From Candidatus Saccharimonadales bacterium (GTDB taxonomy: Bacteria > Chloroflexota > Limnocylindria > P2-11E): DNA of 64,000 bases. Below the pieces are notes generated by a model. The model did no database searches. It saw only the letters and a list, made by a program, of their open reading frames with translations, and was not told the origin of the DNA. Shown here piece by piece: positions 42,751 to 51,148 of the stretch (position 1 is its first letter; the number at the start of each line of letters is the position of its first letter). The stretch covers positions 1,363 through 65,362 of the forward strand of contig DATJHW010000085.1 in the NCBI GenBank assembly GCA_035493615.1. Reading direction: 5' to 3'. The translations under genes were made by a program, and so were the position numbers.

Positions 42751-44162
42751 ACCGCGCCGTCCTTTCGCAGCTTCGCGATCTCCTGCTCCGGATACCCGAG
42801 CTCCGCGAGCACCTCGTCGGTGTGCTCGCCGAGCAGCGGCGGATACATCCGCACCGACGGGGGCGTGCCGTCCATCCGCACCGGGATGCCCGGGGCGCGC
42901 ACGCGGCCGGCGGTCGGATGGTCGACCTCGGCGATGAGGCCGAGGTGCCTGACCGTCGGGTCGGCGAACACGTCATCGAGACCGTTGATCGGACCGACCG
43001 GCACGTTCGCTTTGCGCAGCCGCGCCACGACGTCGTCCTTCCGGAGCGTGGCGATGCGCTTCTCGAGCAGTGGGATGAGCACCGCGCGGTTCTCGATGCG
43101 CGCGCCGTTATCGGCGAAGCGCGCGTCGTCCGCGAGGTCGTCGAGATCGAGGGCCGCGCAGAGCCGCTCGAACAGCGGGTTGTTGCCGGCGCAGACGTTC
43201 ACGAATCCATCGGCCGCGCGAAACGTCTGGTACGGGACGATGGAGGCATGCACGTTGCCCTCCGGCTTGGGCACGGTCCCGTCCGCGAAGTACCGCGCGG
43301 CCTGCCGCGAGAGGAGCGCGACCTGGCCGCCGATCATCGTGGCGTCGATCGCCTGCCCCTCGCCGGTGCGCTCGCGCGCGTGCAGCGCGGCGAGGATCGC
43401 GAACGCCGCGAACATGCCGGCCACCATGTCGGCTTGCGGCACCCCGACCATGACCGGGTCACCGCCCGGCGGACCGGTGAGGCTCATGATCCCGCCCATC
43501 CCCTGCACGATGAGGTCGTACGCCGCCCACGCGCGCCCGGGGCCATCCTGGCCGAAGCCGGAGATCTGGCAGAAGATCGCGCGCGGATTGAGCGCGCGGA
43601 TGCGCGCCTTCGAGAAGCCGAGGCGCGCGAGGGTGCCGGGACTGAAGTTCTCCACGACGACGTCGGCTCGCTCGATGAGCCGCTCCAGGACCTTCGCGCC
43701 GTCGGGGTGCTTGAGGTCGAGCGTGATGCTTCGCTTGTTGCGATTGATCGAGAGGTAGTAGGCGGAGACACCGTTGATGTGCGGCGGCGCCCAGGCGCGC
43801 GTCTCGTCGCCCGTGCCCGGTTGCTCGACCTTGATCACCTCGGCGCCGTGGTCGGCGAGCATGAGGGTGCAGTACGGGCCCGCGAGCGCGCGCGTGAGAT
43901 CGACGACCCGGATGCCGGCCAACGCCCCCTCCGCGGCGCCGCCGCTGATCGCCGGCAGCGCCTCGAGGGTGTCCTCGTCGCGGAGGATCGCGTCGGGATC
44001 GCGCTGCTCGCCGTTCACGATGAACGCCGCGGTCTCGGCCGCGGGAATGCCGAGACCCTGCATCACTTCGAGCGCCGACCGTCCCGCGCCGTCGAGACGC
44101 AGCTGCTTGACGCCACCGGGGCTGAACTGCCGAAGCTCGCCATGCAGGACGAGCGTGATCAC
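42747..44162 (-). CDS. Family III CoA-transferase (CaiB/BaiF type) with N-terminal ThiS/MoaD-like beta-grasp domain
   Basis: aa 1-75 MITLVLHGELRQF...AAFIVNGEQRDPDAILRDEDTLEALPAISGG is a ThiS/MoaD-like small domain ending in GG. It is followed by IRVVDLTRALAGPYCTLMLADHGAEVIKVE...YYLSINRNKRSITLDLK...VVENFSPG (CoA-transferase III). Confidence 0.85.
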   Translation of the reverse strand: MITLVLHGELRQFSPGGVKQLRLDGAGRSALEVMQGLGIPAAETAAFIVNGEQRDPDAILRDEDTLEALPAISGGAAEGALAGIRVVDLTRALAGPYCTLMLADHGAEVIKVEQPGTGDETRAWAPPHINGVSAYYLSINRNKRSITLDLKHPDGAKVLERLIERADVVVENFSPGTLARLGFSKARIRALNPRAIFCQISGFGQDGPGRAWAAYDLIVQGMGGIMSLTGPPGGDPVMVGVPQADMVAGMFAAFAILAALHARERTGEGQAIDATMIGGQVALLSRQAARYFADGTVPKPEGNVHASIVPYQTFRAADGFVNVCAGNNPLFERLCAALDLDDLADDARFADNGARIENRAVLIPLLEKRIATLRKDDVVARLRKANVPVGPINGLDDVFADPTVRHLGLIAEVDHPTAGRVRAPGIPVRMDGTPPSVRMYPPLLGEHTDEVLAELGYPEQEIAKLRKDGAV

Positions 44163-44443
44163 GGCGCGATCTCGGGCGCCGGCCCGACGTCCCGGCGAGT
44201 CGGGCCGTCGAGGCGGTCATCGATCAGCCGGATCGTCTCTCGGAACAACCTGACCGACCCGTCGGCTTGGGTGAACGCATCTCCGCCGTCCAGTCCGAAC
44301 GCGCGGCGGTGGATGAACCGTGACGCCTCGCCACGCACAGCGCTCCCGAGCACGGCGATGCCGCGGACCGCCGAATCGTCGGCGAGCGTTGCGAGATCGT
44401 CCATCAGCGCGGGCGTCAGAACATCGTCGATCGACGTGGCCAT
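44159..44443 (-). CDS. Hypothetical protein (94 aa), translationally coupled to the CoA-transferase fusion
   Basis: ATG 44443. MATSIDDVLTPALMDDLATLADDSAVRGIAVLGSAVRGEASRF.... ATGA overlap with the 42747..44162 start. It is the only protein-like part of the 732-aa track ORF 44159..46357. Confidence 0.5.
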   Translation of the reverse strand: MATSIDDVLTPALMDDLATLADDSAVRGIAVLGSAVRGEASRFIHRRAFGLDGGDAFTQADGSVRLFRETIRLIDDRLDGPTRRDVGPAPEIAP

Positions 44444-44467
44444 GGATTCGCAGAGTACCGTCTGGTC

Positions 44468-45133
44468 GTGCCGGAGACCGCGACCCTCCCGCTGTTCCCG
44501 TTGGGAAGCGTGCTGTTCCCGGGCATGCTGCTGCCACTGCACATCTTCGAGCCGCGCTATCGCCTCCTGCTCCAGCGCGCGCTGCAGAATGACCAGCCAT
44601 TCGGGATCGTGCTCATCCGCTCCGGCCCCGAGGTCGGCGGAGCGGCCGAGCCGCACCGGATCGGCACGACCGCGCGCGTGGTGGGCACCACGCCGTTGCC
44701 CGGCGGCCGCTCGTTCATCATCGTGCGCGGGGAGCGCCGCTTCGCGATCGAGTCGATCGACGCCGAGCGCGAGCCGTATCTCGTCGCGGAGATCCGCTAC
44801 CTCGATGAGGACGATGGCCGAGACGCGGCCGCGCTGGCCGATCGCGCGGCGGACACCTTCGGGCAATACCTCACCGGCATCATGTCGACGTCGAACGACG
44901 CCCGCACCGAGGTGCCGCTCGGCGAGCTGCGCGAAGGCACGCCCGCGGAGGTCTCGTACCGGATCGCCGGCGGGCTCGGCATCGACGCCGCCGAGCGCCA
45001 GCGCCTGCTCGAGACCGAACGCGCCGGGCCACGGCTCGAGTCGGTCATCCGGCTGCTCGAGCGCGAGAACACGCTGCTGAAGGAGCTGCTCCTTCGCCTC
45101 CGGGCGCGAGGTGAGGCGCCGCCCCTCAACTAA
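44468..45133 (+). CDS. LON substrate-binding (Lon N-terminal/PUA-like) domain protein
   Basis: LPLFPLGSVLFPGMLLPLHIFEPRYRLLL...PFGIVL....IGTTARV. 221 aa, no ATPase or protease domain. Confidence 0.8.
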   Translation: MPETATLPLFPLGSVLFPGMLLPLHIFEPRYRLLLQRALQNDQPFGIVLIRSGPEVGGAAEPHRIGTTARVVGTTPLPGGRSFIIVRGERRFAIESIDAEREPYLVAEIRYLDEDDGRDAAALADRAADTFGQYLTGIMSTSNDARTEVPLGELREGTPAEVSYRIAGGLGIDAAERQRLLETERAGPRLESVIRLLERENTLLKELLLRLRARGEAPPLN

Positions 45134-46695
45134 CCGATCCCCGCGGCGTGCACGATCTCGCCACCGACGATCGTCGCGCTGACCTTCAGCGCGGGCCAGT
45201 CCTCGACCGGCGTCGACAAGAGGTCGCGCTCGACAACGGTCGCGTCGCACCGCATCCCGATCCCAAGCGTGCCGCGCTCGCGCTCCGCCGTCATCGCGTA
45301 CGCCGCGCCGGTCGTGTAGCCCGCGAGCGCCTCGGCGAGCGTGAGCGCCTCCTCGGGGTGCCAGCGATCCGCATCCGCCGGCCGCCGGCGCGCGACCGCG
45401 GCGTGGATCCCGAGCAACGGATCGATCGGCTCGACCGGCGCGTCGGAGCCGAACGCGAGAGGGGCTCCGGCGGACAGCAGCTGCCGCCACGGGTACGCCC
45501 GGGTCGCCCGATCGGGACCCCAGTAGCGGTCGACGAGGTCGCGATCGCTCGTCGCATGGATCGGCTGCATCGAAGCGATCACCCGCAGCGTGCCGAAGCG
45601 GGAGATGTCCTCGCGGCGCAGCAGCTGCAGGTGCTCGACCCGCTGCCGGAGCGCCGGATGGGTCGCGCGGGTCGGTTCGATCGCATCCAACGCCACGCGC
45701 ACGGCGCGATCGCCGATCGCGTGGATCGCGACCGCGATGCCGCTCTCCGCCGCGCGGATCACGTCCCCTCCGAGGGTCGCCGGATCGATCGTGAGCAGGC
45801 CGCGGTCGCCGCTGCCGAGGTACGGCTCTTCGAGCGCGGCGGTCTGCGAGCCGAGCGCGCCGTCGGTGAAGATCTTCAGGTGCCCAACGCGCAGCCACTC
45901 GTCGCCGAGACCGCTGCGCAGCCCGAGCGCGATCGCGGCATCGAGGCTCGCGTGCGGGATGCCCATCGCGACGCGGAGGCGCAGGTCGCCGCGGTCGCGG
46001 CGACGCTGGAACGCGCTGAACGCGGCGGCTTGCTCGAGATCCTCGATCGCCGTGATGCCGCGACGGTGGGCCTCGCGCTGCCCACGTTCGATCGCGGCGA
46101 AGCAGTCGTCGCTCGTCGGCGGCGGGACGACCGCGTCGGCGAGCCGGTTCGCGTTCTCCTTCAAGATGCCCGTGGGCGCTCCTGACGCATCCCGCTCGAT
46201 GGCCCCTCCCGCGGGATCCTCGGTGCGCGCATCGATCCCGGCCGCTCGCATCGCCGCGGTGTTGAGCCAGCGCGAGTGACCGTCGCGGCTCCGCAACGCG
46301 GCCGGACGCCCATCGGTCACCCGATCGAGCTCCGCGGCCGTCGGCCACCGGCCCCAACGATTCTTGTCGAACCGGCCGCCCTGGATCCAGGCCGACCGCG
46401 GCAGGGCTCGCGCGTGCTCCGCGATGCGTGACAGCGCGGCTTCGATCGTCGGCTCTTCACGCAGGTCGATCTGATCCATCTGGATCGCCCACCACGTGAA
46501 GTGCACGTGCGAGTCGTGCCAGCCGGCGGTCATGAGCCCACCGTCGAGGTCGATGCGTTCCGCCGTGGCATGCGCTTTCGCGAGATCGGCCGCGCGCCCG
46601 ACGGCCCGGACCACGCCGTCGACGGCGACGAGCGCTTCCGCGCTGGTGCCGTCGCCGACGTGGATCCGTCCGCCGTGGAACAGCTGCGCGCTCAC
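45130..46695 (-). CDS. Amidohydrolase family protein (Amidohydro_3 / YtcJ-like metal-dependent hydrolase)
   Basis: 521 aa. N-terminal GGLMTAGWHDSHVHF metal-binding HxH, internal AIHAIGD, C-terminal FGSDAPVEP. Confidence 0.85.
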   Translation of the reverse strand: MSAQLFHGGRIHVGDGTSAEALVAVDGVVRAVGRAADLAKAHATAERIDLDGGLMTAGWHDSHVHFTWWAIQMDQIDLREEPTIEAALSRIAEHARALPRSAWIQGGRFDKNRWGRWPTAAELDRVTDGRPAALRSRDGHSRWLNTAAMRAAGIDARTEDPAGGAIERDASGAPTGILKENANRLADAVVPPPTSDDCFAAIERGQREAHRRGITAIEDLEQAAAFSAFQRRRDRGDLRLRVAMGIPHASLDAAIALGLRSGLGDEWLRVGHLKIFTDGALGSQTAALEEPYLGSGDRGLLTIDPATLGGDVIRAAESGIAVAIHAIGDRAVRVALDAIEPTRATHPALRQRVEHLQLLRREDISRFGTLRVIASMQPIHATSDRDLVDRYWGPDRATRAYPWRQLLSAGAPLAFGSDAPVEPIDPLLGIHAAVARRRPADADRWHPEEALTLAEALAGYTTGAAYAMTAERERGTLGIGMRCDATVVERDLLSTPVEDWPALKVSATIVGGEIVHAAGIG

Positions 46696-46707
46696 GCGCG
46701 CCGGATG

Positions 46708-47556
46708 CTAGCTACCGCTCTCGATCGGTGCGCCGATCAGGCTGCCGTATTCGGTCCAGCTTCCGTCGTAGTTCCGGACCTTCTCGTGGCCGAGCAGGTA
46801 CTTCAACACGAACCAGGTGTGGGAGCTGCGCTCGCCGATGCGGCAGTACGCGATCGTCTCGGTCGAGCCGTCGAGGCCCTTGTCCCCGTAGATCCGCCGG
46901 AGCTCGTCGGCTGTCTTGAACCGTCCGTCGTCGGCCACCGCCGTGGCCCACGGGACATTCACCGCACCCTTGATGTGCCCGGCTCGTTGCGCGCCCTCCT
47001 GCGGGAGGTTCTCGGGAGCGAGGAGCTCGCCCGAGAACTCCTTCTGGGAGCGGACGTCGACGAGCTTCTTTCCATTCTTCTCGACCGTCTCGAGGACGTA
47101 TTCGCGAAGCGCTCGCACGGAGCCATCCGGCGCGTTGGCCGTGTAGGCGGTCTCCGGGAACGTCGGAACCTCGGTCGTCGTCGGCCGTTGCTCGGCGAGC
47201 CACTTGGTTCGTCCGCCGTTCACGAGGCGGACATCGGCGTGACCGTAGTACTTGAGGAGCCAGAAGAACCAGGCCGCGAACCAGTTGTTGTTGTCGCCGT
47301 AGACCGCGATGGTCGTGCTCGGCGTGACGCCGTTCTTGGAGAGCAGCGCCTCGACCTGTGGCTTGGACAGGAGATCGCGCACCGGGCGCTGCTGGAGATC
47401 GGTCTTCCAGTTGAGCCCGATCGCTCCGCTCACGTGCGCCTGGTCGTACGCGGCCGTGTCCACGTCGACCTCGAATACACGGACGTTCGGATCGGTCGCG
47501 TGCTCGGCGAGCCAATCGGTCTCGACGAGCGCTTCGGGATGGGCATAGCCGGACAT
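46708..47556 (-). CDS. Thiosulfate/3-mercaptopyruvate sulfurtransferase (two-domain rhodanese)
   Basis: 282 aa. Active-site loop YCRIGERSSHTWF. N-terminal inactive rhodanese domain. Confidence 0.9.
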   Translation of the reverse strand: MSGYAHPEALVETDWLAEHATDPNVRVFEVDVDTAAYDQAHVSGAIGLNWKTDLQQRPVRDLLSKPQVEALLSKNGVTPSTTIAVYGDNNNWFAAWFFWLLKYYGHADVRLVNGGRTKWLAEQRPTTTEVPTFPETAYTANAPDGSVRALREYVLETVEKNGKKLVDVRSQKEFSGELLAPENLPQEGAQRAGHIKGAVNVPWATAVADDGRFKTADELRRIYGDKGLDGSTETIAYCRIGERSSHTWFVLKYLLGHEKVRNYDGSWTEYGSLIGAPIESGS

Positions 47557-48018
47557 GAAGAGCCGCCTTTCAATTACCCGCCTGCAGTGGCGGTTACTGG
47601 GTCTCGGTGGGCGAGGGCCGCCTCGTCAGCGGCCTAGAGACACCAGCAGGTGAGCCCGAAGCAGTCCGGGCCTCGTGAAATGGCGGTGCCGGGATTTCCG
47701 ACCTGGTGAGTCAACAATCCGGTTGTAGCACGGGATCCGCCCATAGCCAAGGGGTCCACGACCGCCGCCGGCTCGGTCAGGTGGTGGCGGCGCCGCGCGG
47801 CGAACCACTCCTCGTGCCACCGGTTCGTGTCCTGCCGGACGGCGTCGGGCCGCTCGCGGTCCGCCTCCGCACGCATCGCGCCGATCCCGCATCCCGAAGG
47901 CCGCGACGAGGACCTCCTTGATCGATCAGCGGGATGCGCCCTCGAGCGGCATGCGGTCCTCGACGAGGGTGTCGCCGACAGAACGCGACCCGCACACCCA
48001 CGCGAATATCGTATCGAC

Positions 48019-48462
48019 GTGCTCGACTTCGATCAGCTCGCGTTCATCGAGAAGTGGCGCCAGCGCGCGTCGCGCGGCGTCGTGATCGCGCTCGATGGCA
48101 CGCGCGGGGACATCGTCGTGACGATGCGTGCGGGCGAGCTCGGCGAACGGCTCGACCTGCGCGGCAAGGACGCGACCGGCGCCGTGCGCAAGGCGCGCCT
48201 CTCGATCGGCGACCGCGTGACGATGGCGATCGAGTACACGGCGAAGGATGTGACCGCCGGCGCGGGTGGAGGCGTGAGCGGCGACCTCGTCGCGCCGGGC
48301 GCGGTCGTCGAAGGGACGGTATCGGAGACGGGCGAGCTCACGGTCGTGGACTGCGGGATCGCGCTCCTGGTGAAGGGCGAGAGTCTGGCCGCGAAGACCG
48401 GTGACGTGGTGCGGTTCACGATCGCGGACGAGGGCCGCGCGTACCTCATCCCGACGCGCTAG
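48019..48462 (+). CDS. Hypothetical protein
   Basis: Protein-like part of track ORF 47827..48462 from in-frame GTG 48019 (LDFDQLAFIEKWRQRASRGVVIALDGTRGDIVVTMRAGELGERLDLRGKD...[18 protein letters not shown]). No family recognised and the start is uncertain. It converges on the peroxiredoxin gene, with a 17-nt 3-prime overlap. Confidence 0.45.
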   Translation: MLDFDQLAFIEKWRQRASRGVVIALDGTRGDIVVTMRAGELGERLDLRGKDATGAVRKARLSIGDRVTMAIEYTAKDVTAGAGGGVSGDLVAPGAVVEGTVSETGELTVVDCGIALLVKGESLAAKTGDVVRFTIADEGRAYLIPTR

Positions 48463-48922
48463 TCGGAAGCTTCTGCAGCTGTTCGGCGATCTCTTCCTCG
48501 TCGGGCACCTCGCGCAGCGTGTGGACGTCGATGTACCGGACGACGCCCTGCGCGTCGACGACCACGATCGCGCGCTCCGGCCGGCCGATCTCCTCGTTGA
48601 ACACGCCGTAGAGCCGTGAGACCGCGCCGTGCGGCCAGAAGTCGGAGCAGAACGGGTAGCTTGTGATGCCGAGCTGCTCCGCCCACGCTTTCAGCGTGTA
48701 CACCGAATCGCACGTGATACCCACGACCTGGGTCGTCCCCGCCTCGTATCGCTGTTGGAGCGACGCAAGTGCCGGAGCCTCGTGGTTTCAGGTGCCGCTG
48801 AACGCGAACGCCATGAACGCGACGACGACGCGCTGGCCCCGCAGGGCCGAGAGCGTGATCGTGCGGCCGTCATGCGCGCGCAGCGTGAAGTCGGGCGCCG
48901 GATCACCGACCTTCAGCGTCAT
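48446..48922 (-). CDS. Peroxiredoxin (AhpE/BCP-like, AhpC/TSA family) with in-frame TGA at the peroxidatic Cys position; probable selenocysteine protein
   Basis: ATG 48922. 44 codons, then TGA at 48790..48788, then 113 more codons in the same frame to TGA 48446. [99 protein letters not shown].... The track lists the halves as 48788..49132 and 48446..48724. Confidence 0.7.
48743..48787 (-). promoter_or_regulatory. Candidate SECIS-like hairpin region immediately 3-prime of the in-frame UGA
   Basis: mRNA: UGA AACCACGAGGCUCCGGCACUUGCGUCGCUCCAACAGCGAUACGAGGC. There are two alternative hairpins:
- CGAGGC-UCCGGCACUU-GCGUCG (+6..+27, one G.G mismatch, GG in the loop).
- A longer imperfect stem centred on UCGCU-CCAAC-AGCGA (+19..+45).
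Folded by eye only. Confidence 0.3.
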
Positions 48923-49009
48923 GGTCTCGGTCGCGATCTTCGTGCGACCCTTCGGTCGCTGCCCGCCCGCGGCGGGTCTCGCTTCAGCCACCTGCCTAAG
49001 ATAGCCCGC

Positions 49010-49222
49010 ATGCGAACGCGAGGCGCCGAGGGCCGGCGGATCACCGCGCGCCGGCGCGACTTCCTCGCGTATGAGACGGTGTGCCCGTTCTGCGGGGAGC
49101 ACGTCGGTCCACGGTTCGTGACCCGGGAGCATTCCGATGTGCCGCCGAACCCGCCCTACGCCGCGTCGGTGCGCTGCCCGCGGTGCCGCGAGACCTATGA
49201 GGTGATCTTCACCGACGACTGA
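49010..49222 (+). CDS. Small zinc-ribbon protein (70 aa)
   Basis: ATG 49010. ..[16 protein letters not shown]...[18 protein letters not shown] (two CxxC pairs). Confidence 0.5.
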   Translation: MRTRGAEGRRITARRRDFLAYETVCPFCGEHVGPRFVTREHSDVPPNPPYAASVRCPRCRETYEVIFTDD

Positions 49223-49314
49223 TCAGGCGAGCGAGGGCGTTTCCCGACCGAAGCTGCAGGGGCCGGGCTCCTGAGCGGGCACGGCGCCGAAGGCGGCGCG
49301 GGTCGCAGGGTCGA

Positions 49315-50964
49315 TCAGGGAATGACGGTGACGATGAGGAAGACACCCTCATCCTCCATCCAGATGGTCCCGTCGATGACCGGACGCAGATGGATCGAGT
49401 ACACGCCCGGCGTCGCGGGAGCCTTGACCTGGAAGGTGAACGTCGCGTTCTGACCGGCCGCGACCGTAGCCTCGGCCTGCGTGGCCACGCGGCTCGGGTA
49501 CGGCCAGTTGACGCTGAGCGCGGCCCACGTCACGTCATCGAGGTTGATCCCGAGGCGCGCTTCCTGACCCAGCACGCCCTTGACCCACGGGCTCGACCCC
49601 GTATTCGTGAACACGACCGTCAACGGCGAGCTGATCTGACCGGCGCGGAGCGTCGGATACGGCGACTGCGACACCCATTTCGAGTGGTAGCTCGACGTGC
49701 TCACGATGACCATGAACACGCCCGAGTCCTCCATCCAGGTCACTCCGTCGATCACCGGCCGCAATGGCAGTCGGTACGTGCCCGGCGTCATGGGCGCGCG
49801 GACGTTGAAGGTGAACGTGCCGGTCTGCCCCGGCCCGACGGTCGCTTCGGTCGTGGTCGCGAGCCGGTTGCCCGAGAGCCACCCGTCATTCATCCCGAGG
49901 TTCGCGAACGTGAGCGTGTCTCCGTTCAATCCGAGGTTGGCCTGCTTGCCGGCGACGCCCTTCTGCCACGTCGCCGTGCCGGTGTTCTGGAATCTCACCG
50001 TGAGCGAGGTCGAGGTGCCGGCCGCGAGCGTCGGCCAGGCGCTCTCGCTCAGGAAGGCCGAGTGGAAGCTCGGCGCCGGCGGGACGCTCGTGCTGGCAGC
50101 ACCGGCGGTGGTGAAGTTCCACTCGTTCGTCACCATCGCGCTGTTCACGTTGATGTCGAACCGGACGTGGTAGGTCGTCCCCGCTGCAAGCGGCTTCTGT
50201 GGGACGATGACCTGGTAGTCGTACTCGAACTGCTGCGGCGCGTAGTAGATCGGAAGGCGCGAGCCGTCCGGCGCGACGATCTCCGCCGCGCGCATCGTGA
50301 CACCCTGAGCCGCCGAGTAGACGACCATGATCGGATAGCCGACCGGGCCTGAGACGCCGGCCGGGAGCGGGCTCGGCGATTCGCCGCCGCTCCAGCTCGT
50401 CGGAATGCCGGTCTGCCCGGCGGCCGGCGAGCGCACGAAGTCCACTGGATGTTTGCTGAAGTCGTAGACGAAGTCGCCGACCGTCGAAGGACGGGTGCCG
50501 ACCGTCGAGAAGCCCCAGCCGGTCGACACGGAATTGGGATGCATCATCCCGAGGCGGTGGTACGGCGCGTCCCAGAGCTGGTTCACGCCTGCGATCCCGG
50601 TCGGGCCGCCGGTCGCCACCTCGCTCACGAATGAGGTCGTCCAACCGGCGGCGGTGAGCCGGTCGCGAGCCGAGTAGCCCGTGTAGTAGGGCAGCCCGCT
50701 GGTCTCGTAGTGGCCCATGTAGTTGTTCGCTGAGCTGTAGTTCGCGTGGTTCTGCGCGGCCGCATCCACGCGCGGATCGGCGGCGATCGCCGGTGCGCCG
50801 ACAGACACACGGTGGTCATTCAGGGTTTGGAGCATGTCGAGCTGCACACCGGACTGGGTGGCGTCCGCGCCGGTCGAGCTCAGTGCGTCGGCCGAGCGGG
50901 CGTTCAAACCGAGGGTCGGTAGCGCCAAGAGCAGGGCAAGCGCAGAGAGAGCGAGCTTCCTCAT
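49315..50964 (-). CDS. Secreted CAP/SCP-domain protein with two tandem about 115-aa beta-sandwich-like repeat modules
   Basis: Signal peptide MRKLALSALALLLALPTLG. CAP-like LNDHRVSVGAPAIAADPRVDAAAQNHANYSSANNYMGHYE...YHRLGMMHP. The C-terminal repeats align to each other (..TFTFNVRAPMTPGTYRLPLRPVIDGVTWMEDSGVFMVIV / ..TFTFQVKAPATPGVYSIHLRPVIDGTIWMEDEGVFLIVTV). Confidence 0.8.
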   Translation of the reverse strand: MRKLALSALALLLALPTLGLNARSADALSSTGADATQSGVQLDMLQTLNDHRVSVGAPAIAADPRVDAAAQNHANYSSANNYMGHYETSGLPYYTGYSARDRLTAAGWTTSFVSEVATGGPTGIAGVNQLWDAPYHRLGMMHPNSVSTGWGFSTVGTRPSTVGDFVYDFSKHPVDFVRSPAAGQTGIPTSWSGGESPSPLPAGVSGPVGYPIMVVYSAAQGVTMRAAEIVAPDGSRLPIYYAPQQFEYDYQVIVPQKPLAAGTTYHVRFDINVNSAMVTNEWNFTTAGAASTSVPPAPSFHSAFLSESAWPTLAAGTSTSLTVRFQNTGTATWQKGVAGKQANLGLNGDTLTFANLGMNDGWLSGNRLATTTEATVGPGQTGTFTFNVRAPMTPGTYRLPLRPVIDGVTWMEDSGVFMVIVSTSSYHSKWVSQSPYPTLRAGQISSPLTVVFTNTGSSPWVKGVLGQEARLGINLDDVTWAALSVNWPYPSRVATQAEATVAAGQNATFTFQVKAPATPGVYSIHLRPVIDGTIWMEDEGVFLIVTVIP

Positions 50965-51088
50965 CCACAGGGGCCAACGGCCACCGAGACGCGGCCGTTA
51001 TCCCATCGGTACCGAAGAGTCTTGTCGTACCAGTACGAAAGTCCGGCCAGCGCCGCCCGCCCGCGGCGCCGCCGTCACGAGGTCAGAG

Positions 51089-51148
51089 CTACTTCTTCTT
51101 CGCCTTCTTCTTCGCGGTCTTCTTGGCAGCCTTCTTCTTCGCCGGCAT
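51089..51148 (-). CDS. 19-codon Lys/Ala-rich micro-ORF with strong Shine-Dalgarno
   Basis: GGGAGGTGACCTAA-ATG CCG GCG AAG AAG AAG GCT GCC AAG AAG ACC GCG AAG AAG AAG GCG AAG AAG AAG TAG = MPAKKKAAKKTAKKKAKKK. 11 AAG codons in a genome that otherwise avoids A-rich runs. Confidence 0.4.
   Translation of the reverse strand: MPAKKKAAKKTAKKKAKKK

Noticed and set aside
47640-47720. SRP (4.5S) RNA. Strings such as GAAGCAG and GGTGCCGGGAT reminded me of E. coli 4.5S RNA.
   Set aside because: On neither strand could I build the conserved domain IV (GGAA-type tetraloop with the AGCA/symmetric loop). The resemblance is limited to short strings, so there is not enough to call an ncRNA.
46708-48922. A functional link between the rhodanese and the UGA-peroxiredoxin (selenium mobilisation).
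   Set aside because: The genes are separated by a 270-nt gap and an opposite-strand ORF. No selD/selA is adjacent, so proximity alone is insufficient.
49284-49299. GCGCCG-AAGG-CGGCGC hairpin between the convergent zinc-ribbon and CAP-domain genes, as a bidirectional intrinsic terminator.
   Set aside because: There is no U/T tract on either side, and short GC hairpins are frequent by chance in this composition.
51089-51148. Calling the Lys-rich micro-ORF a small ribosomal protein.
   Set aside because: I cannot match it to any ribosomal protein family from memory. Composition alone is not evidence, so it is left as an unassigned micro-ORF.
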